DNA from: Takakia lepidozioides
Lineage: Eukaryota; Plantae; Bryophyta
Direction: 5' to 3'
NCBI GenBank assembly: GCA_030704615.1
Contig: CM060732.1
Span: 73,904,001 to 73,968,000, forward strand
Length of the DNA: 64,000 nt
The notes beneath the pieces are model-generated. The model ran no database searches. It saw only the letters and a program-made list of their open reading frames with translations, and was not told the DNA's origin. A program made the translations under genes and the position numbers. Of this stretch, positions 39,420-52,500 are shown one piece after another (position 1 is the first letter of the stretch; each line of letters begins with the position of its first letter).

Positions 39420-39690
39420 TGCCGGAGGTGAAAAAAATGAAAAACCGGTCTAATTATGAACTGACAGTGGTTGGGCATTTAAATAACCCGACCAAAGAAC
39501 CTTTGAAAAAACCACTCAATATCCGCAGGTTATTCGATGAAGCAGTTGGTTATTTAAATTTTTTGCTAGCAATCGGAACCCAGGTTATATCTAGCCATGT
39601 TTTTTAATAACTGCAACTGGACATTATTATTTCCCAAAATTTGAACCAACTGGAACCGCCAAATATGAAAAAAATCAAATAACCGCAATC
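39420..39690. mobile_element. Degenerate hAT MITE remnant
   Basis: ggaaccgccaaatatgaaaaaaatcaaataaccgc closely matches 24588-24622. Confidence 0.5.
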
Positions 39691-39987
39691 ACAATCATTA
39701 CGGCTTATATAGCTGGAGGCATTCACATGCAAAGCCTCCCAACATTTAAACCTTAATCTACCCCTCAAATACATCTTCAAATGCTTCAAAGAAGAAAAAC
39801 GAATCGGCTCTTAGTTATGCCGGCCCAGCCAATGTATACTTTATATCTGCTTCAGAGAAATCCATTTCATCATCATCATAATCAGGTTTCTAACGGCCAT
39901 TATTATCAACAAAAATCAGGCTTGAGAGCATTAACCCACCTACTTGACAAACTTATCTCTATAGAGCCCACACATAAAAGAGCAGTT

Positions 39988-42900
39988 TTTGTTTTTGTTT
40001 TTGTTTTTGTTTTTTTTTGGTTCCTTCCAACAGGGTGCATAGGCCCTGATGAATTTTATTAATAAAGGGGAAAATTATGACAGAAGGAGGAAAAAATAAC
40101 CTCCAGGAAGACCGTAATGGCGTGTCTCATGGGGAACACCCAACACTAAGTAGAGAAAGGGGCCGGGGGGGGGGGGGGGGGGGGCATCAGGATTAAGCCA
40201 CACTAAGGCTAAGCAGGGAGTCCGATGAGCCAAGAGACTAATCAGAGACTGAAGGAGAGACTAATTTGAGAACCAAGACGTAAAGAGAGAGGTAGATCAA
40301 GCTACCAGACAGGAATGAGGATAGGGGAAAAAACAGGCGGGTACTGTTCGCGAAACAAACTCCTCCCGAAGACTATTCTAGAGCTAGCAAAAAAAAAAGC
40401 AGATGCATATTGGCTCGGAACAAGGTCCTTCCGAAGACTAATGTAAAACTAGCCACTGAAATCCAGATGCACTTTGGTTTTGGAGCTGTGGGCCTTGCTG
40501 TGCTTCCAGTTGATGTCGGGGGCATCAGACTCAGCTGGGGACTTGCCAATTGCCCGGGAGTTGGTCATGCCATTCAATTCTAGAGTCAGAGATCTTGGTG
40601 CAGAGCAGGTTGTCCTTGGCCCAAGTGATGTCAAAATCCGTGAAAAGCTGCCTGCTCTTTCTCTCGCTGCACCTGCTGACAGCTGCTTGCAAGGACACCC
40701 ATGCTTTACGCCCCCTCAGTCATCAGATTCGAAAACAACTTGCAAAGGATATTCGGTTTGATGTTGGGGCACTTCCCCTCAAAGACTAAAGTGCATCTGG
40801 CCTTCTAGATTGCCCAGAATGCATGTGCCCTAAGGCAGGCCCACAGTGGACATACATTCCAAGCAGAATCCCTATCCAAATTTAGGGCAAATTTAGCAGA
40901 AGCAAAGGATCTGACAAAGAAGAGAGGGGCTTCCAATTCGAGTAGAAATCTCCCACTAATTGCCAAACTCTAGAGGGAAGGTAACACTTGGAAAGACAGT
41001 GTTCCATGGTTTCAATCGTGCCACAATTGCACATCAAGCATGAGGGGTCCTGGTCCTGAAAATTGACAGCCATAGGTAAAATTCTATTCGCAATTTTCTA
41101 GAGGAATGATTTCTGCGGATCTGTGTTTGGCCCATATGTCCTTCCATATTCCTTTCTAGCTCTGAATCTGCAGGTCTAGGTGCCACTTTTTGTTCCACTT
41201 GCCTGTGAAGTTCGCATTGCCCAGCAGAAGCTTATAGCCTGTCTCGACAGTGTAACCAAGGAGCGGCTTTTTCTTGGGGTCCATCCAAGTCCATTCTCCT
41301 GGATTGAATTGAAGTGTGGACAGCGGGAAACGTAGGAACTAGGTCAAGGGCATGCGTTGAGCCCAACAGAATTCTCCTTCGGGGGGTGGCTTGGGGTCTG
41401 GTGTCCCTGTTAACGTTTCAAATACTCTAATTCAAAACGCCAAGTCTTGGTGCATCTGGCCTTGCCCTATGTGCACGAGCGTTCCCTCGGAATCTGCCAT
41501 AAAACTTAAGCCTTGCCACGTCTGGGGACCACACCGAGGCTGAGAACCAAATAGAGGCTAGCAAAACTTGATTCAGGACTAGCGCTCTACCCGAATGCGA
41601 GATAGCTAGAAGGGCCAGGAAGCTGTTACTTGTGCTCCCACCCATTCTTATTGAATTGGTTGAAATGAGAGAGGACAGGAGCACTGGTTGTAGAAACTCA
41701 CTGTTTTCCCAAATGTTGGCAATGTGTGAGAGTCCCTTGGACTCCCACGTAGCCCATTTCTTGTGGAGTGTGATGAGGGCAGCGTAATCCAGGTTGCGAT
41801 TTCCGAATAAAGGTTGTCGAATTGCCTCCTCAAAGCACGACGCCCTCCTGATTTCCAGCCAGGCAAACCAAATCGACCGCCAGGCTGCACTCCCAGTGCT
41901 TTTTGATTTCGCAGATCCTTGAACCAGCCACCTCAAGGAAGGAGCCGGCCAGGAATTCGAGCTAAGAGGCATGGATTGCAATAAGCGTGATCTTACCAGC
42001 TTGCACCAGGGGCTGTCCCCGTGTTGAAGGGCCCTGGGTATCCATTTAGCCAAGAGGGCGGTAATCTGCGTGGAAGGATCAATGAGGCCAAAGCCGCCTT
42101 CCTTTCTAGGTCTACAAAGCTGCGCCCAAGAGACCAGGGCTCTTTTGGCAGGAGATTGAGGGCAAGCCCCCCATAGAAAATTGCACATCATAGCTTTGAT
42201 TTTACTTACGAGCTTGGGTCGAGGGCGCTTTTGCGTGGAAGTCTGCTACAACATGCCCTTCACCATTGCATCCAAAACAGATAATACTTCTCTTCCCTGA
42301 TTTGAACTAAAATGTAGGAGATATCCAGTGTAGGGAGCTTAATTGCATTTCCAATTTTGGCGGAATCCGGCATCATCACCACGATTTTTGGAATCCCCGA
42401 GTCTTTGCTGGAGTCGAAAATGGAGGGGTCCTGGTCGACACTAAGCACCGCATCGTCAATGGGGTTGAAGACGTTCAAGCTGCCGGTGTAGGAGCCAAAA
42501 TGTGTTCCAATCTCCGGGAGGGAGGCCAGGTAGTTATCCGGTAAGAACGGGACGGTAATTATCCGAGGCTTGCAGGTTGAACCATCTTTGTGCCCCCAGG
42601 CTAGAGACCAGGGGAAGATGTTCACTTTGAATCTTGATTTGCGCGTGTTGAAGGCCAGTGCACGATCAACATCTTCCTTCGAGCCAAATTTAATGGAGTA
42701 GAAGCCTCTTCCCATAGAGTTGGCAAAAATGATGCGTCAGGCCACCTTCTGCCCCCAGATGCTCAATGACCCACTTTCTCGCCCTGTCCTTGCCCCTTGG
42801 TCTACCTGGAAAATGCACCAAAATCCCGTGTTGCATCAGCTTGGTAGAACGAGCTCGTAAACATTCAAGGTCCAGGGAGATAACCTCTTGAGAATCAGAG

Positions 42901-43984
42901 TCCGGGGCAACAGATTCTGCCCATGGAGCTGTGTCTTGACATGGCACGGGTCCAAGGGCCTCAGGACCCTTACCCAGAATAGAAGAGGACGGGGTAGAGT
43001 TGGAGGAGCGCGGGACCCAAGAGCCTCTGCCTCTAGAGCTAACACCAGAACCTGATCTTTTCTTGCGGGGAGCTCCTCTGGAAGCCATGGACAGAGGGCA
43101 AAAAAGCAGGAGAGGGAGGAGCGCGGATCGAACGTAACTGACGAAGGCTAGCAGCAAGGACAAGCAGTAAGAGGAGCAAGCGAAGAGTGAGGATCGATGG
43201 CACCTTAAATATAATCACTGAGGAAGCAAGAGGAGGGAGCCGGGCCTGATCTGCTCAGAGACGCAAATGCAATTGAAGACCCAGAGATTCTTGCGAAGGA
43301 AGTGAACACCGAGGGAGGTGAAATCAATACAAGCGGGAGTTTAGTGGGAGGGCGGCGCAGCAAGAGCGCTGACAAACAGAGCAGAGCAGAGCGACAAAAT
43401 GTGGTCTAACAGATTCCGAGGGGGAGCTAAACAGGTGAGGAGTTGCCAGTGATGCGGGCGGTGGAGTAAAACTTCAGGTTGGAGGAGCTGACATGCTGTC
43501 AAGAGGAGAGCGTTGCAACCTCGCAGGAGGATAGCGACAGAGAAGTAAGAGGGGGGGGGGGTGCAGGGCAGGACTGCAGTCCTAGGGAACCATGAGAATA
43601 ATGAGCCGCCCAGAGTTTGAGGGCTGGGGGGGAGGAGACGGCGATCAAGCATGCAGATTTAATAAGGAGGCGCATGTAGAGGGCCAACAAAGCAGGGTTA
43701 GCTGCCTGATGATTAGGGAGAAAGCACACTGGCTTGATTAGGACGTGGGGCGCGAGAGGTAGGGTTAGCGAACTCAATGTTATATCGTATTTGAACCCAT
43801 GTTTCGGAGACCAGCACACTGGCTAGGGTAGGACTTGTTGCACGAGAGAGGTGCAGCAGAAGCAGGGAGGGAAGGGGCGATGTGAGCCTGCAGTAGCTGG
43901 AAAAATTTCTAAGTCCCAGGCTCGCCTCTCATCGCAAAACGCGGAGCTCCTCCGGAGCGCCCCCCCCCCCCCCCCCGCGGCATC
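39988..43984 (-). mobile_element. L1-clade element, internally deleted (ORF1 remnant plus ORF2 C-terminus, no APE or RT core)
   Basis: A-rich tail 39988-40018; minus-strand AATAAA at about 40055; TSD GAGCAGTT (39980-39987, 43985-43992); ORF1-like 43088-42260; ORF2 motifs CNFLWG, VSWAQLCRPRKEGGFGL and CLMC...ETMEHCL..C. Confidence 0.85.
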
Positions 43985-44200
43985 GAGCAGTTAGTTAGGC
44001 CAGATATGGCCTGAGTCTTTTCTATGTTACTACTGTCATACTATATTATGGAAATTAAATATAATAAAAAATGATATGTCTTGAGGGTTTTATTTATTTT
44101 TTGCATAATTCCAAATAAACCTTCTCACTTGGTTCTCTTTTAAAATAAGAATAAAATACATTTATTATAGATCATGTAATTGACCCTATTGATGCAGTGA

Positions 44201-44370
44201 TATTAATAATAATATTTGACGCCTCCCCAAGGAAGCGTAAATTATGGCGTCTCTTCACCCCAGAGGGTTACTGCCTTCCGCTACGAAGGTGGACACCTTT
44301 GTGACACCAAGGGTGGATTGAACCCACAACCACTTCCGAGGTGGTATGTGCCCACTACCACTGATACAGC
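44201..44370 (-). mobile_element. tRNA-derived SINE
   Basis: B box GGTTCAATCC (44324-44315), degenerate A box, (TAT)n tail; matches 8490-8659. Confidence 0.8.
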
Positions 44371-45489
44371 AATACACTATGTGGGCATGGGGAAGGCATG
44401 CTGCCATTTGTCCAAGAAAAGGCTGGAAAGAGGGGGAAAGTGTAATTGTCTGCAAGGCCCATCAACTATCTGAAACTGAAGTTGGACCAAGTAAGGAAGA
44501 AATTAGATGAAAGAGTGTATCTCTAGGATTGAGTTTTGCCCCGCATGGGTGGGCATATGAACTTGGCTGTAAATTTCCTTGTAAATTGGAGTACCTCCCT
44601 GTCTGAAAAAACCCCATCCCACGGATTCCACGTTTTTGCCTTGGGAATACCGTGGAATACCATATTCCAGCTAAGTTTTCCCATCGACAGAATTTGCGTC
44701 TTATACAGCCATATGTTTAAGACAGGTTCCTCGTGCTCAAATCCTGCCTTGGCATGGGGCCAGGATTCACAAATCCCAGAAAACAATTGAGAAAAACTGC
44801 TCCATGATTCCCTTTTCCGGGTAAAAAGAAGAAGAAAAACAATGCCATAAAAAAAATCAGAGGCGTCCTTTCCTCTCTTGTGGTACTCTATCAAATGCAT
44901 TTCTCCGAATTGTTCAAAAATTCCTTGCGAATTGCATGTTTCAATGGCTAGTTGTTACATAAAAAGTGGAATGTAAGATCCATGGGGCTTATGCAGAATA
45001 CAAACTATGTTATGTATTATTCTTGACATTCAAGTGTGGTATGACTTGTGACCTCAACTTTGTGAGTATAATTATTTTCAGGTTTCTCATACCGGGATTG
45101 TTGACTGATTCGGACTTTGCTAAAGGTGTGCGGAAATTGCGCAATTCTATGTACACCCAATCTGGTACACAAGTGCTGTAGTGATGGACCACGACAAGCA
45201 TTTTTATCAACAACAACCAACCCCCTCAACCAGCACATAACTTTTGTTGTGTTTGGTTTTGGAGGAGCTGTTTTGTCTCTAATCAAGAAAAAGAGGAGCA
45301 ATGAAATAATTAACCAGCTTAATAGGCTGAGAAGAAGTGAAGAGGACTCGGTGCATTCTGTGTGGAACTGTTGCCAAAGCAAAGTCAAAGTTGGAGGACG
45401 ATAGCAAACGGAGGAATCTGCGTCCTGTCGATAGAATCCCCCCACCTTCCCTCTCTCGCTCTTTCCCCATCAAGATTGCGCAGGTATCC

Positions 45490-48400
45490 ATGGCGGAAAT
45501 CGTGCAGCAAGCATGGCACCGCTACTTGCTGTCTCTGCAGCGGGAACCCCTGAAAACCAAAGTGAGGCCTTCAGCGTTTTTTTTTTCACCTCCTAAGGCG
45601 CTGAGTGTCAGTCGTTTGCAGTCTATGATTTCCGGGACTGTTGCAATGAGCTTTCTAATTTTTTTTTTGGCTGTGTTCTTTGGAAACTAAACGCATTCAT
45701 GTGTGGACTGTTTCTTCCAAGTTGGCCATTCAGACGAATTTGTAACCTGGTGTGCTGGTTTTGGATCGGGTTGACTTACAGGATTTGCCAAAGAAAGAGA
45801 AGATAATTCTTTACCTTCTCAGTAAGGACATACTAAAAGAATGTGATGTTAGGTCCTCTCGTGTGTTATGAAGATTTCAGCATCTCTCGCATATACAAAC
45901 ACAGGAAGACGTACTGAACACTGATGGGTCACGGGAAAAAACCGTGGATCGATACCTGAGGTAGATCAAAGTTTTTATGTCATCCATTTGGGAGTGCTAT
46001 ACAGAGTCTGCCAGCTCATGGGGGACATAGGCTTTGGCCAAAACGGAACCACTGTATGACAGTCGTGGTGTCTTCCTGCTGCTTCTCGCTTGCGCTGTCC
46101 ACGGAAGGCAGGAGGTCGTTTCTGTACGAAACGTAAAAGCTGGCTTGGCTTGGGATCGGGTGCAGGCATTAACAGCAGGTGTCTTGGCAGGATGCAGTGA
46201 TATGTTTGCCCAAAAGTTGATGGGAGTGAAGAACCTGCAACTCAAGCGGTCTCTTTATATGTTTGTGAGTACTATTCCTGACCGCTGCTTGATTCTTTTT
46301 TATTTCTTGAAAGAGTTTGGTTGGCCACATTCTCATGTCTGTAAGCTGTTGGTCGACCCTTGTTTGAGAAATGGAAGCTGGAAGATATATTTATAGCTAG
46401 AAATTTGAGGTGAACTTTTTGGATTAATGGCATAATGTTTGTGCGCAGCTATATGGGCTACTGTATGGAGGGCCATTTGGGCATTTCTTTCATAAGCTGA
46501 TGGAGAAGATCTTCCCCCCAAGCCGAGACACAAAAACTGTAGTCAGCAAGGTGATACTAGGCTGGAGTTTTAGTTTAGGCCATATTCTCTGCTGCCATGA
46601 GACGATTTAGGCTGTTTACAAGTTCTAATGTGGCAATGGAACCAAGTTTGCTCCTTTATTTGTTGGACACCCTAGGTGTGTGGCTCTGTCCATTTATGCT
46701 TGGAAATGTTAGGAATGTTTCCCTTTTGAGTCTATCTGAGCAGTGCTTTGTTCTCTGTAGTTCTTTGGGTAATTGAATTCATTCTTCTGTGTGGCTTTGG
46801 GCTAGATCACACCAGTAAACACATATGTTCACTGGTGCAGAGAAATGAAGACATGACATCATCCATTGCTTTATGGGTCACTTGAGCACTTCATTTGCTT
46901 TATGACTTCGTACTTGGGGTCTAAATCAGTTGCAAGGAGGCTGGTTGTTGACAGGTACTTGTGGAGCAGCTTACATCGGGGCCTTGGAATAACTTCTTGT
47001 TCATGTTGTATGTGGGTCTAGTGATTGAAGGTCAGGATTCCACTTTCGCTTCAAGATGTTCCACAGAATGCCAGATTCTGTGTGGCTTTATGTCAGTATG
47101 GCAGAAGTCCTTGGTCAATGCTCTTTTAGTACTTATGTTTGCTTTCCTGGTCCCTTAGACTGTGAATAAAAGAAGGTAAAGACTTCAGAGCAAAAGCAGT
47201 CGCAGGGGGATGTTGTTGGGGTTTTTTCTCTTGCACTGTTTCCTCAATAAATGTGGCTTGTAACAGTCATACATTTCAAAAAGTGGGTTTGGATCCATCT
47301 GACGGAGTCAATGACTGAGCACAAGACATTGCACCAAACTCTACACTCAAAGTTGGCAGACAATCAAAGACTAGAACATGTGCTGGCATCATCTACCAAA
47401 TATCTCTCGCAAGATGCTTTGTACTTCACGTGTTGAAATCTGATGGAAGTTGATGCTATTTGGGTTTCTTGTTGTGTTGGTGCGGGTGACAGGACGGCCG
47501 TGGAGTCTTGTGAAGAGCAAGCTTCGCACAGACTATCCCTTGGTGCAGTTGAATGCTTGGAGGGTACTGACCCCATACTCACCTGTTTTCTCCCCTCCCC
47601 CTTCTTTCTCCCTCTCTGTCTCTGCTTTTCACCCTAGACTCAAGCTTTACGTTATAAAGCTTCTTTCTTTCTTTCTATTATTCTACGTATCTGGTCTCAG
47701 AACCCTGTATAGTTCCTTTTTCCTTTCTTGGATTGATTTTCTGGGCTACGTTCTGCCAGTTGACAGTCCAGGTTATCATTGTTGGGTGAACAAAAGGAGG
47801 TGGTTAATCCAAGGCCCTGATTGCTCTTTGCAAACAAGGTTCTATGTATGAGTTTCAGCTGTATGAGTCACTGCTGAGGATCAGGGTCACACATTAACAA
47901 ATGACTGGATTGGTACAGGTATGGCCGTTGGTAGGGTTGATAAATTATCGCTACTTGCCCATCCATTTGCGCGTCCTCTTCCATAACCTGGCGGCAGTCT
48001 GCTGGTGGGTGCAATTCTGGCAAATTTGAAGTTTTGGTTCTTGACCTAGCTTTTGTGCCTCTCAAATTTGGTGAAGGTCAGAGCTTGCAGGTCCTCAATG
48101 AGCTTTCAATAATGAAGTCTGTGGTCACAGTATACTGAGTCTCCTCCTGCAACCTTGAAACAATGCTCTTTTATGGTATTCGGTACTTTACATCAGTTGG
48201 GATCCATAGTATACTTGTTGCTAGCAAATCAACTGTTCAATTTTCCATGGACATTGCACCACACTCTGAATGCCAAGAAGATAAAGCTGTTGGCTGGGTG
48301 TTAGTCTGCAGTAAGGGCTATTTGCTGACAATGTCTTCTATCATCTATGGAAAATACAGTCTAATTATGTAGAAAGTATTTAACCTTGTAAATCTGTCCT

Positions 48401-48560
48401 TCCATCTTAAACCTGTACTGCGGGAATTGTCTTTCAGAGTGACATGAGATGTTATGTACAGCTGCTCAACTCTCGCTTGTTGTTTGTTGTTGGATCTGAT
48501 TGCAGGGGTACCTTTTTGATATTGCGGTCCCAGCCTACAGTGGTTAAAAAGGTTGCTTGA
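45490..48560 (+). CDS. PMP22: Peroxisomal membrane protein, PMP22/Mpv17 family. Exons: 45490-45561, 46166-46264, 46449-46550, 46955-47030, 47493-47563, 47919-48004, 48506-48560
   Basis: YLLSLQREPLKTKALTAGVL, YGGPFGHFFH, EQLTSGPWNN, VWPLVGLINYRYLPIHLRVLF; phase-consistent GT-AG introns. Confidence 0.95.
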
Positions 48561-49526
48561 TGAATTTATGCTCTCTTCCACGAGCATTGAGACTCAAGAC
48601 TGTCTACAGTGGACAGCCTCTGCTTTTTGACAGGACATACAGGTTGCCCTGAAGGACTTCAAGGAGAGGTCATGATGCAAAGGTCATGATGCAAAAGTGG
48701 TGGCTCTGCTCTTTCGAATCCTGATTGTTACAAATGGGCTTTATGTAGGCCACTGTGTTGGGTTGTACTTTAAGGGGTGAACAGGGTCCACTCGAATACT
48801 ATGATACATATCTGGCTTTTTCACATCCTCCTTTCCAAGTTATTAGACTACAAGTTCCTGCATCATACCTTCAGGTGAAGAGACACCATAATTCGTACTT
48901 GCTTTGGCAGGAATTCACCTTTTGTGTTAGTCCCACACACTTGGATTACAGAAGGCCTGGCAGCAAAACATGCACTTGACATTGTCGCCCTCCTGGGCAA
49001 AGCAAATTCTACACAAAGCACGTTCCTGCCAAGCACTTGGGCAATTTTTACAGCTCATGTAGACAAATTTGTGGGAGGCCAAATATTGAATGGTTCCTCG
49101 AGGTCACATTAAGAGGTTTATCCAAATGTGACTGGTTGAGCCTAAAATCAGCATTTGCACTAAAGTGATTTCTGGCATCTGGGACAACCAAGTAGCAAAA
49201 TCCTACATTGATTCTGGCTATAGATGTTGCCATCCTGGATGGAGGCAGTCAAATCTGCAGATAATCTTTCTTTCTGGTTAGGTAGTCTGTCAGCAATGCT
49301 GGGTCGAAATGTGTCCATGTGCGAAAGGAAATTTCCAAGATCCACAAGTCAACAGTCAACACAGTTTATGTACAGACAGACAGCAGATTCAGCCAAAATT
49401 GGAATTGGAATTGGAATATGATCACAGTCAAATCCCTGGAATCTCAGAAGATTAATGCACCAACATTGTGGCTGGCATGTCTGGTGTATGTGCATTTTCA
49501 TGCCAGTAGCAAGGGGTCGCCCAGCT

Positions 49527-52500
49527 TTAAGAGTCATAAATTTTGCGGACTTTGCCGATGGGTTGCCGACATATAGGGCACGTTGATGCATCTCCTCTTT
49601 GTATCCTGCCAGATGCCATGCCACAACCACATAATGAATATTAGTTGTCAAGGACTCCTGGCCCCCCTGAGGCATCTACTGCACATACTATCTTTTGGAC
49701 CCAATCAGCCAACATTTGTCAACTACCCATCGGAACAAATCAACAGCCTCAAGAATCTTGCAGCAACAGTACAGTGATTTCTGTAATGGGCAACATGAGC
49801 AAGGACTATCACTGATACTATCACTCCAACTGTGTGACCTGTAATAAGCAGTTCATGCATCATACGAATGGGTTCTTTAGGAAGGTTTTCATGTACGATG
49901 GGGAAGAAGAAAGAGACGCACCTAAGGCCACAGGAGTAGCAGGTGCAGTGATGGCCACAAGGATAAAAAAAACTGTCCTTCGGTGCATCCAAACACACAG
50001 AGCAAAGCTGTTCATCGGAGATGTTTTCTCCCTGCCCCACAACATACTCGCCCGGTGGACTGGAGGTTGGCAAACTTGGGGGATAGCTTTCTGTAGAAGG
50101 GCTAGGTGGTGTCTGTTCCTCCTGTGATGAAACCAGTGGAGCTTGCTCCAGACTTCTGGGTGGTTGTCTGCCAAGGAATCCTGCTTTTAGGCCCCACACC
50201 ACAAAGAATGCTGAAGCTAACAAACCTGCAAATACAAATCCATGTGCTCCTTCAAAGTTTGGATATATGAACTGCCATAATAACTAATCAACAAGTAAAA
50301 TGCACAGAAACACGGGTTAGCTCCAAACTTGCAAGAGCACTCATAGCAATGACTGTACCTTTGACTTATTGTGGGCTTCGCTCCACATGCAGGGTTTACC
50401 ATTTACAGATTCAACCTGTCTCCATGTCTCCATCTAAATGTCCTCTTTAGAATTTTTATGGCAAAGTTGATCAACAACCACAGGAGATAGGATTACCACC
50501 CGATTCAACATGATAGCAAGCCAAATGAACCTTACACTCTCTTCAACCTTGAAAAATCAAAACTTCATTACCCAATGTTTTCCAATCTAAACCCTAACCT
50601 GTATGAAGCCTTGGGAGTAAGAAGCACTACCACATACCCCAGAATAAGAGGTAGATTGCCCAGCGTGCCGCATATGACACCTCCACCTCCCACACATCCA
50701 TTCCAAACTGCATTTGCCAATTCCAACTTAATAAGCCCTAGGACGTGCTGACAAGAACCCCCAGTGTTCACATTAGCTCCAAGGCTTTGTAAAGAAAACT
50801 AGTTACAAAAGATCTTGATGATCTGACATGATATATCATATGTGTTCTGTGAGGAAATTAATGCAATTGATATGTAGCCATAGACAAATATATAGTAGTA
50901 TAGGCCGCCTACTCCTATACGCCATAAACTAGATCAAAGGACTCGCTGCATTAGAGATGCAGCTAAATTGCATTTGCAATGCACGGTTTTGGTCCAGACC
51001 ACTAGTTATGGTCCAGGCCACCATTTCCTAACCAGGAATAAAATAGTGTTTCCCATTTGATTCAAACGTTAGGAGAAAGATAGTACCTGTACCTCCTGAT
51101 TGGGGGTTGTCAAAAGCACACAGCGGGAACCAGGAATCGGGAGAGGAAATATACAATGCTCTGACTCCACTGTCAAGGAGCACCTTTGATCTACCCCTTC
51201 AAGTGTGTAAAGCTTGCTGTGCAAGTTGAGATGCAAAGAAAACTGTTTCCCAGCCATCCAATCCACCTTATTTAAAAAATATGAGAGAACTTAATATCAT
51301 TGTGGCGGGCCATAGACAAGAACCCATTCAGCCCATTATAGGTTCAGCCATCTCTTGCAGTCTTTGTATCTTGTGGGAGACCATCCTTCCTTCAAAGGTT
51401 GGGCTAGCACACCTTTCAGACACATGATGTAATAATCAACCTCCTTCAAGAGCAAAAATGGAGATCTCTCCATCCCTATTCCCCTTGAAACATAATTGAG
51501 GTTGACCACATCTCAGGAAGATGGAGCCACTACTAGTCAGTCTTCAGTTTAAGTGCAACACTCCATAGGGTGACATTACACCTAAATGAGCTATTAGCAA
51601 CCATAAGAAGGCAGAAAAAGTTTCGTGTTCCAACATGGGACCAAATTGCACACTCCCATGTAGATCTCTGCATAAAAATCAAAGTTTTGCTATACAACAC
51701 ACCTGAACCTCATGATGATTGAAATTGCCGAAGGCAACATAGTACTCATCATCTTTGTCTGCCTTAAAATCTACGGATCCACTACCTGCACACCAGACAG
51801 CCTAAGTCAGTCAAGAGAGAGGGGCACCAACTCCATGGGATTGACAACTTTTTGTTACAAACAATGCCTTCAATCACCACTGTCTGAGCTGGACCAATCT
51901 TGGTAGACACATAATCCAATACAACTCTCATGGTGCTGGATACCTAGGGTCAACAACATGTGGCTTATTTCCTCTGCAGAATTTGAGTGGTGATGGACAT
52001 CGTTTAAACCTCACCCCTTCCTCAGTAACATGGCAAGGAAGGTCACTTACCATGGATACGATACCATTGTATTGACGTACTAGGATTACTAGGATCATCA
52101 ATCCACTCCTTCAGACCATCTTTTCCTGCCATTCCTCACCACCTGCTGTCAGTGAATTTTCACTATTATTTATAATGCTCGGATGGAGTCTTACATGACG
52201 TCCCTACATTATCTTGAGATGCCACATCCACAGAGAGAACAAGGGGTCGTTGCAAAGGCACAATCACGGCCCCTTGGTCATTTCTTACAACCAGACAAAC
52301 CTCCACTGCTGTCTCACTAGGAAAAACCATACATTAGCTTTGTGAATTCAAGCCATAGCATCTGAAGAAATGCTCAGGTCAGGCATTCAGAGAGGCAAGC
52401 ATTTTACCTCGTAATATTGCAAGCACCAAAGTGTCTTGTGCAGATCCCTTTATATCGTGCACCAAATCAAAAGAGGAGCCGTTGTTCAGCCAAAATGCCC

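Noticed and set aside
44245-44300. Hammerhead ribozyme in the SINE three-way junction
   Set aside because: The CUGAnGA and GAAA core motifs are absent on both strands.
44201-44370. tRNA gene
   Set aside because: A/B boxes are present but there is no cloverleaf; it is dispersed, truncated in other copies and tailed, so it is a SINE.
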